This document shows, piece after piece, positions 1 through 7,528 of a stretch of DNA of 43,225 bases. Each line of letters starts with the position of its first letter. Position 1 is the stretch's first letter. The position numbers and the translations under genes were made by a program. The DNA is taken from positions 1 to 43,225 of the forward strand of contig JBFIML010000039.1 in NCBI GenBank assembly GCA_041611735.1, written 5' to 3'. The notes beneath the pieces are model-generated. The model was not told where the DNA came from. It searched no databases and saw only the letters and a program-made list of their open reading frames with translations. The stretch comes from Myxococcota bacterium. GTDB taxonomy: Bacteria; Myxococcota_A; UBA9160; PR03.

Positions 1-399
1 ATCCTGCTCGGCTGGCCGATCCACATCGGCACGAGTTTCAATCATCGTTCGCTGCGGAATTTCCCCATGCAGGCAAACGGGGCGGAAATGCTTCGTCTTG
101 CGTGCTGTTTGGCCACCGAAGCTGGCATCCACGTCTGTGCTCCGGTTCACGACGCGATTTTGGTGGAAGCGCCGGTCGAAGATCTTGATGCAGTCGTCCA
201 CAGCACTCAGTTGGCAATGGCAGAAGCAAGCCGCGCGGTATTGAGCGGTTTTGAGTTGGCGATCGACGTGCGCCGGGTCGTCCACCCGGAGCGGTATCTG
301 GATGAGCGCGGTGAGCAGCTTTGGAACTTGGTAATGCAAACACTTGTAGAGGCGAAAGAGGGTGCTGTGGCGTCACGTGCTTCGTTGGAAGAGTTATGA
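1..399 (+). CDS. Family A DNA polymerase, C-terminal part (truncated by window edge), mobile-element type
   Basis: Frame is open from base 1: ILLGWPIHIG...RSLRNFPMQANGAEMLRLA (PolA NxxxQG..A region) and APVHDAILVEAP (motif C, VHD). Confidence 0.85.
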   Translation: MLLGWPIHIGTSFNHRSLRNFPMQANGAEMLRLACCLATEAGIHVCAPVHDAILVEAPVEDLDAVVHSTQLAMAEASRAVLSGFELAIDVRRVVHPERYLDERGEQLWNLVMQTLVEAKEGAVASRASLEEL

Positions 400-806
400 T
401 GGTGAAGAGAAGTGATTTTCTTGATGTAGAACAACTTCGAATTTGCCCGAAGGGCAAGGGCGATTCGCATCGTCGAAAGCCGCCGCCCCGGCATCAAAGG
501 GGGGAACTGTTCCTCAAGGGCCCGATTCCGCTGGCCTGGATTCAAATTGCCGCGAGTTTGCCGGGGCGCGCCTTGGCCGTGGGTTTTGAAGTTTGGTTTC
601 TGGCCGGCCTGAAGAGATCGGCCGAAGTCCGTATCACGTTGTCGCGGCTCCAGGTTGCCCCTCGGATGCCGTCTTCAACCGCAGCTCGCGCCTTGAAGGA
701 GCTGGAGCGAGCGGGACTTGTCTCGGTTAGACGGGGACCTGGACGCAAGCCGCGGGTCAGGTTGGAGGTCCCGAGCGGCGGCGAAGCAGACTTTGGGTCG
801 GGATAG
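396..806 (+). CDS. Winged-helix DNA-binding protein
   Basis: ATG overlaps the polymerase stop (ATGA). FLKGPIPLAW...STAARALKELERAGLVSVRRGPGRKPRV fits a wHTH recognition helix plus wing. Confidence 0.7.
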   Translation: MMVKRSDFLDVEQLRICPKGKGDSHRRKPPPRHQRGELFLKGPIPLAWIQIAASLPGRALAVGFEVWFLAGLKRSAEVRITLSRLQVAPRMPSSTAARALKELERAGLVSVRRGPGRKPRVRLEVPSGGEADFGSG

Positions 807-1077
807 GCTCGAGAACGATCCGAGGAGCAGCGACCCTCCGCTGCTTCGGCTTGAAGGGCGGCTGGCCTTGCGACCCAAGGAAGCAGCAGAGGCCCTCGGC
901 ATCAGCGAGCGGACCCTCCGGGCGCTCCTACCCAGGCTCCCCTGCGTGCGCGAGGGAGGCGTGGTCTTGATTCCCGTGGAGCAGCTTCGGGAGTGGCTTC
1001 GGGACCGGGTGCGGGCTGAGGGCGCGGCGGTTGATGGAGCCGTCGAGGAGATCCTCGACTCCATCCGGTCGAAATAG
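793..1077 (+). CDS. Excisionase-like HTH protein (start uncertain)
   Basis: ALRPKEAAEALGISERTLR...LPCVREGGVVLIPVEQLREWL is a typical HTH_17/Xis pattern. Confidence 0.8.
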   Translation: MGRDRLENDPRSSDPPLLRLEGRLALRPKEAAEALGISERTLRALLPRLPCVREGGVVLIPVEQLREWLRDRVRAEGAAVDGAVEEILDSIRSK

Positions 1078-1113
1078 GCTACTCTATTCGAGAGGCCGCT
1101 AGAATCTTTGGCC

Positions 1114-1323
1114 ATGGCTGCGAAAGGCAAGTGGGGCTGGGGTGGGCGTAGGCCGGGGGCGGGCCGCAAAGGTTTTCTGAAGCAGCGACGACGGGCGGCC
1201 GTGGATTTGGAGCGTGAGGACTTCGCGGCTGTGGAGCAGATTGCCGAGCGCGAGGGCACCTCGGTCTCAGCGGTAATCCGTCAGGCGGTGCGGACGTTTC
1301 TCAAGGGAAGGCGAAGGAAGTAG
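1114..1323 (+). CDS. CopG/RHH-like regulator with N-terminal WGGRRPGAGRK motif
   Basis: AAVDLEREDFAAVEQIAEREGTSVSAVIRQAV fits a ribbon-helix-helix; TAGAAT -10-like hexamer at 1100-1105. Confidence 0.75.
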   Translation: MAAKGKWGWGGRRPGAGRKGFLKQRRRAAVDLEREDFAAVEQIAEREGTSVSAVIRQAVRTFLKGRRRK

Positions 1324-1326
1324 CCG

Positions 1327-1463
1327 ATGTCGTCCAAAGTGGTCTGGTACCGGGATGCATGGTGGGTTCGGACCCGTTACCAAGGAAGGAAGCGGGATCG
1401 TCGGATCGGGCCGTTCGATGGCCCACTGGGCCTGGCTAGAATCGAGGTGCAAAGGGATCCCTG

Positions 1464-1464
<1 letters not shown>
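1327..1464 (+). CDS. 45-aa ORF homologous to the N-terminal arm-binding domain of the adjacent integrase
   Basis: Manual translation MSSKVVWYRDAWWVRTRYQGRKRDRRIGPFDGPLGLARIEVQRDP; 14/29 ungapped identities to the integrase N-terminus; AGGAAG upstream; stop overlaps integrase start (TGATG). Confidence 0.7.
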
Positions 1465-2806
<1,342 letters not shown>

Positions 2807-2854
2807 CGCCGCGCCCCTCCGGCCAAGTCCGCCCGGCTGCTAGGCTTTCCGCGC

Positions 2855-2931
2855 GCCCCGGTAGCTCAGGGGACCAGAGCAGCTGCCTTCTAAGCAGCGG
2901 GTCGGAGGTTCGAATCCTCCCCGGGGCGCCA
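2855..2931 (+). tRNA. tRNA-Arg(TCT)
   Basis: GCCCCGG acceptor stem, anticodon arm GCTGC-CT-TCT-AA-GCAGC, GGTTCGAATCC, CCA; TAGGCT -10-like box at 2841. Confidence 0.96.
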
Positions 2932-3054
2932 GGGAACCTGGCCGGCCGCCACGGGTTTTCTCGTTGGCGCGGCGCGCCGTCTCGATCCCCGCCTCGCAGC
3001 GGCCCGAGTCGGCTATCCTACTCGGACTTCTTGGCACCTCGAGTGGAGGAACCC

Positions 3055-3348
3055 ATGCGCCTTCTGACCCTCGCCAGCGCCCTTCTGCTGGCCTCCGTGC
3101 TCTCGGGGCCCGTCCAGGCCGGAGAGGGCTGCCCCTACGCCAAGGCCGCCGCTGCGAAGGCCGGCGCAGAGGGCGCCGCTGCGGTCTGCTCGCAGGCGTG
3201 CAGCCACGCCAAGGACGGGGAAGGCGCGCGCTCGTGCGCGTGCTCCCACGCCAAGCCGGCCGAAGAGGTCACGGCCGAGGCGACGGCGGACGAGGCCGAG
3301 CCGGCCCGCGCTTCCACCGCGGGCGGAGCGCTCGCCGCCGGCCAATGA
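3055..3348 (+). CDS. Small secreted Cys/His-rich protein
   Basis: GGAGG RBS; signal peptide MRLLTLASALLLASVLSGPVQA; CPY, CSQACSH and CACSH motifs. Confidence 0.7.
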   Translation: MRLLTLASALLLASVLSGPVQAGEGCPYAKAAAAKAGAEGAAAVCSQACSHAKDGEGARSCACSHAKPAEEVTAEATADEAEPARASTAGGALAAGQ

Positions 3349-3440
3349 GCCCGCCAGCCGGCGCGACCCGCCGCAGCTCGCGAGCCTGGCGCTTTGCTAC
3401 CTCGAGGCCTCCGTGCGCGGCTACCGATCGGACGCGCGCC

Positions 3441-3900
3441 TCACGCGTGGGCGCGCGGCGGGGAGCGCCGCAGCCGGAACGCGAAGGCGTCGAGCCGGCG
3501 CTCGGTGAGCAGCACCTTCCCCTGCGGATGGCGGCCGACGAGGGGCTGTGCGGCGCGTAGCGCCTCCGGCACGTCGGTGATCGGAAGCCACGGATGGAGT
3601 GTGCGCACCCGCGAGTAGAACTGGCGGGTCATGCGCCGCATCGAGACCTTGACCAGCGCGTTCTTGAGCCGGCTCGCCGGAAGCCCGAACAGATCCCGCA
3701 GGCGCTCCTCCGCCGTGTACTCCATCACGGCGGCCAGCGGCTCCATCACCACGCGCACGCCGCGCTCGTTCAGGCGCCGAGCCAGGGAGTCGTTCAGTAC
3801 CGCTGGTTCAGGATGTCCCAGGCCAGCGTCGCAGCGAAGATCTTCTCGGAGTAGAGCCTTCGCGCTCGCCTTGCCGAGGTCACAGCTCTGATAAGCTTCT
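3441..3900 (-). pseudogene. Fragmented C-terminal part of an acyl-CoA dehydratase activase-related protein
   Basis: Segments IFAATLAWDILNQ (different frame), LNDSLARRLNERGVRVVMEPLAAVMEY and ERRLDAFAFRLRR resemble, from memory, separate parts of that family; no convincing start. Confidence 0.4.
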
Positions 3901-3961
3901 GATCATGGCAAGTCCCCCGGGAATCCCAGCCTCTCAGACACCGTAGGCAGACGGTCCGCCG

Positions 3962-5221
3962 TTGCACATCTTCACCCGCAAGCGGCTGCGCGTCGTGCCC
4001 GGCTCGGTCACGCCGGACGGGGTGGACGTCGGGCTCGCCCGCGTCACGCTCTCGTGGATACCAGGCCTGGTCGTCCTCTGGGCACTCAGCGCGTGCGGCT
4101 CCGATGCCCACGTGAGCTGGCCCGAGGCGCCACCGGAGGATCGAGGTCTGTCCGCGAGCCGCCTGGAGCGCCTCGCCGGCCAGCTCGCCGACTCGGGAAC
4201 CCGCGCTCTTCTCCTGGCGCGCGACGGCGCCCTCGTGCTCGAGTGGTATGCGCCCGACTTCGGGCCGGAACGCACCCACTACGCCGCCTCCGTGGCCAAG
4301 TCGATCGTCGGGGGACTCTCGTTCGTGCTCGCGCTCGGCGACGGACGGGTCGTGCCGGAAGACTCCGCGGCGAGGTGGATCGCGGCCTGGCGCGACGACC
4401 CGATGCGCGCGCGCATCACGCTCCGCCACCTCGCCGCCCACAGCAGCGGCTTGCCGAATGGCTTCGAGATCCCGCCGGATGAGCGACCCGACTGGGCGCG
4501 GCGCTTCTGGAGCCGGGACGGCGATCCCTTCCGCGTCACGGTCCACGACACGCCCATGCTCTTTCCTCCGGGCGAGCGCTTCTTCTACAGCAGCCCTGGG
4601 TACGCCGCGCTCGGCATCGCGCTGACCGCCGCCTATCGGGAGTCCGAGACGCCCGACCTGCGCGTCCTCCTCCGCGAGCGGATCTTCCGGCCTCTGGGCG
4701 TTCCCGACGCCGCCTGGGTGATCGGCTATGGCCGCACCGTGAGTTGGGAGGGGCTTCGACTCGTGCCCGCCTGGGGTGGCTGCAACTTCACGCCTCGTGC
4801 CCTCGCGCGGTTGGGCCAGCTGCTCCTCGACGGAGGCCGCCTGGAGGGCCGCGCCCTGCTCGATGCGGAGTGGCTGCGGCGCGCGACATCCGAACCGGCG
4901 GGCCCGGCGGAACCGGAGCCTCACGGGTCGGTTCCCGGGCTGGGATTCTGGCTGAACCGCGAGCGGTCGTGGCCGTCGCTTCCTGCGGATGCCTACGCGG
5001 CCGCCGGCGCGGAGCACCAGCTGCTCGTCGTGATTCCGAGCTGGCGCGTGGTGGCCGTCCGCATGGGAAAGACGCTCGACCCCGAGGGTTCGCTGGGCTT
5101 CTGGGAAGCCATCGAACGGCACTTCTTGCGACCGCTGGGGGACGCGCTCACGCCGTCGGCTCCGAAACCGCCTCGGCCGCCGAGATCGAGTGCGGTGCCA
5201 CGCTGGCCGGAGATTCTCTGA
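3962..5221 (+). CDS. Serine hydrolase, beta-lactamase/class C-like family; possible lipoprotein (start uncertain)
   Basis: ASVAKS (SxxK), ITLRHLAAHSSGL, PGERFFYSS (YxS), LARLGQLLL; lipobox-like LSAC. Confidence 0.9.
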   Translation: MHIFTRKRLRVVPGSVTPDGVDVGLARVTLSWIPGLVVLWALSACGSDAHVSWPEAPPEDRGLSASRLERLAGQLADSGTRALLLARDGALVLEWYAPDFGPERTHYAASVAKSIVGGLSFVLALGDGRVVPEDSAARWIAAWRDDPMRARITLRHLAAHSSGLPNGFEIPPDERPDWARRFWSRDGDPFRVTVHDTPMLFPPGERFFYSSPGYAALGIALTAAYRESETPDLRVLLRERIFRPLGVPDAAWVIGYGRTVSWEGLRLVPAWGGCNFTPRALARLGQLLLDGGRLEGRALLDAEWLRRATSEPAGPAEPEPHGSVPGLGFWLNRERSWPSLPADAYAAAGAEHQLLVVIPSWRVVAVRMGKTLDPEGSLGFWEAIERHFLRPLGDALTPSAPKPPRPPRSSAVPRWPEIL

Positions 5222-5345
5222 CGCCCCTCTCGACTCGTTCCGGGAGGCGCTAGAGGCCCAGCGACCACGGGTGGAGGCGGAGAGGCGCCGGTCTGCTCCG
5301 TGCAGGAGACGCGAGCCCGCGCTACCCGTCGTTTTCGGCCATGCC

Positions 5346-5386
5346 AGCAGCGGGTCGGAGGTTCGAATCCTCCCCGGGGCGCCAGG
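5346..5386 (+). repeat. att-like duplicate of the tRNA-Arg(TCT) 3' half
   Basis: Identical to 2893-2933; begins just after the anticodon and lacks the 5' half. Confidence 0.93.
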
Positions 5387-5476
5387 TCGGGCGGGAGGAC
5401 CAGGACCATCGCGGGCCGGCGAACGCAACGCAGCAGACGCCGCCCGGTCCCCGCCCGACCGGAGGCGTGGCTGCTC

Positions 5477-6937
5477 GTGGCGGCGGCGGCGGGGCTCACC
5501 GTCCTGGCCCACCCGCCACTGGCCCTGTGGCCGCTCGCCTTCGGAATGCTCGCCCCGCTGGTGACCGCCCTGGAGGGTGCGCGTCCGCGTCGCGCCTTCG
5601 GGCTCACCTACGTCTACTCGGCCGCCATGGGGCTCGCGCTCGTCCGCTGGCTGGTCCACGCGCTGGCGGAGCAGTACGGCGTGCCCCGCGTGCCGGCGTG
5701 GGTCTTCACGGGAGCGCTGGTGGCAGGCCTCGCCCTGGTGCCGGCCAGCGCCGCCGCCCTGTACGGCGCACTGCGGCCCCGGGTGGGCCTCGCGGCGGCA
5801 CCCCTGGCCTTCTCAGCAATCTGGGTGCTCGGCGAATGGGTGCGTGCCGAGATCCTGGGCGTGCCGTGGCTCCTGTTCGGGCTCTCGCTGCACCGCTTTC
5901 CCCTGGCGCTCCAGACCGCCGACCTCGGCGGGATGTGGGCGGTCGGCTTCGTGGTGGTGGTGGTGAACGCGGGCCTCGGCCTGGCGGCCGCCACGCGGCG
6001 CCCGGGCCCCCTCGCCCCGGCCCTGGCGGTGGCCCTGCTGGCCGGTGGATACGGCGCCTGGCGCATGGAGGGGATCGCGCCGGAGAGCCCCGACGAGATG
6101 CGGGTCGGGGTGATCCAGGCCTCGCTGCCCCCCGACGAGCGCTTCCAGCCCGGGACGGCGGAGCGCAACCTCGAGCGCCACGCGGTGCTGACCCGCCAGC
6201 TGGTGGGCCGCGAGGGCCTCGACCTGGTGGTCTGGCCGGAGACCGCCATCGACGGGGACCTGGACCGTGCCCCCCTCCTGGGCGCGCTGGCCGGCCGGCT
6301 GGTGGACGGCCTCGGCGTCCCCCTGGTGACGGGGGCGCCGCGCTCCGCCGGCGGCCTCACCAACTCGGTGGTGCTGTTCGCCCCGGGCGCCGGCCTGGTG
6401 GAGTCCTACGCCAAGCAGCGCCTGGTGCCGTTCTCCGAGTACGACCCGGCCCTGGCCGGCCTGCTGGCCCCGATCCTGTCGCCCCTGATGCAGGGCGAGG
6501 CATATCGCCCCGGTGGTCAGGCCACGGTCTTCCGCCGCACCCCGATCCCGCTGGGGACACCGGTCTGCTTCGAGATCACCTACCCGGACATGATGCGGGC
6601 GTTCCGCCTCGGCGGGGCCCGGCTGCTCCTGAATCTCTCCAACGACGCCTGGTTCGGCCCGACCGGCTACCCGGAGATGCACTTCGCCCACGTGGTCCTG
6701 CGCGCCGTCGAGCTGCGCACCTGGATCGTGCGCGCCGCCAACACGGGCATCTCGGGGGTGGTGGACCCGGCGGGCCGGGTGCGGGTGGCGCTGCCCGCCT
6801 TCGAGACGGGCTCCATCGCCGCCACCGTTCGCCCAGCGGGTTCGCCCCCGCCCTACGCCCGTCTGGGCGACACGCCCGTGCTGACCCTGCTGGCTGCCAT
6901 CCTGCTCGGCGCCGCTTCGGGTCTTTTCCCCCGTTGA
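5477..6937 (+). CDS. lnt: Apolipoprotein N-acyltransferase (start uncertain)
   Basis: N-terminal TM helices, then VVWPETA, YAKQRLVPFSEY, VCFEI, NLSNDAWFG, RAANTGISG (nitrilase E-K-C triad). Confidence 0.92.
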   Translation: MAAAAGLTVLAHPPLALWPLAFGMLAPLVTALEGARPRRAFGLTYVYSAAMGLALVRWLVHALAEQYGVPRVPAWVFTGALVAGLALVPASAAALYGALRPRVGLAAAPLAFSAIWVLGEWVRAEILGVPWLLFGLSLHRFPLALQTADLGGMWAVGFVVVVVNAGLGLAAATRRPGPLAPALAVALLAGGYGAWRMEGIAPESPDEMRVGVIQASLPPDERFQPGTAERNLERHAVLTRQLVGREGLDLVVWPETAIDGDLDRAPLLGALAGRLVDGLGVPLVTGAPRSAGGLTNSVVLFAPGAGLVESYAKQRLVPFSEYDPALAGLLAPILSPLMQGEAYRPGGQATVFRRTPIPLGTPVCFEITYPDMMRAFRLGGARLLLNLSNDAWFGPTGYPEMHFAHVVLRAVELRTWIVRAANTGISGVVDPAGRVRVALPAFETGSIAATVRPAGSPPPYARLGDTPVLTLLAAILLGAASGLFPR

Positions 6938-6997
6938 ACGCCCGCGCGTTCGTGCGACAATCCGCGCGGGGGTGAGGAAGCGGGAGGAGAGGACGCG

Positions 6998-7459
6998 ATG
7001 GCGGCAAGAAAGACGGGCGGAGCGCGCAAGAAGACGGCGCGGAGGAAGGCGGCGGCGCGTCGCCGCGGCACCTCGACACTGGATCGGCTGGAGCGCGAGC
7101 TTCCCGCCACCCTGCGCGACTTCGCCGGACAGATCCGCGCCCAGCTCGGCGCGCTGGAGAAGCAGGTCGAGCGCACCAGCTTGGACACCCGGCGGCGCGC
7201 GGCGCGATTGCTGCGAGAGGGCAGCCACCAGCTCGGGCGCCTGGAGGCGAACGGAGAGGGCGGCTGGCGCCGGCTCGCCGACCCGTACCGGCGCGAGCTC
7301 GTGCGCCTGCTCAAGCGGCTCGAGAAGGCGGTGGCCCCGGTGGCCCGGGCGCGCCGCACGAAGACGGCCGCCCGGCGCACGACCCGGAGGGTGGCGAGCG
7401 CGCCCACGGCCCGGCGCGTGCCGACGGCAGCGCCTCCGCCTGCACCGCCCACGCACTAG
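6998..7459 (+). CDS. Basic histone-like/phasin-like coiled-coil protein
   Basis: Strong RBS; K/R/A-rich tails flanking a helical core. Confidence 0.65.
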   Translation: MAARKTGGARKKTARRKAAARRRGTSTLDRLERELPATLRDFAGQIRAQLGALEKQVERTSLDTRRRAARLLREGSHQLGRLEANGEGGWRRLADPYRRELVRLLKRLEKAVAPVARARRTKTAARRTTRRVASAPTARRVPTAAPPPAPPTH

Positions 7460-7483
7460 GAGCGGGATCCCGGACTGGCGGGA

Positions 7484-7514
7484 GCGGGCCGCGGGCAGAA
7501 GCCCCGCGGCCCGC
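7484..7514. terminator. GC-rich hairpin between convergent genes
   Basis: GCGGGCCGCGGGC-AGAA-GCCCCGCGGCCCGC; no U tract. Confidence 0.5.
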
Positions 7515-7528
7515 CTGGCTCGGCTCCC

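Larger units (their letters stand above)
2893..5386. mobile_element. Integrase-less genomic islet bounded by att-like direct repeats
   Basis: 41-bp exact repeat AGCAGCGGGTCGGAGGTTCGAATCCTCCCCGGGGCGCCAGG at 2893-2933 and 5346-5386. Confidence 0.8.

Noticed and set aside
3962-5221. Antibiotic-resistance beta-lactamase
   Set aside because: Motifs fit the broad esterase/amidase serine hydrolase family; no KTG box seen, so resistance is not supported.
5346-5386. Additional tRNA gene
   Set aside because: Only the 3' half is present; no D-arm, anticodon or 5' acceptor strand.
5300-5476. N-terminal extension of Lnt
   Set aside because: It runs through the att repeat and is low-complexity Arg-rich; the true start is probably downstream.
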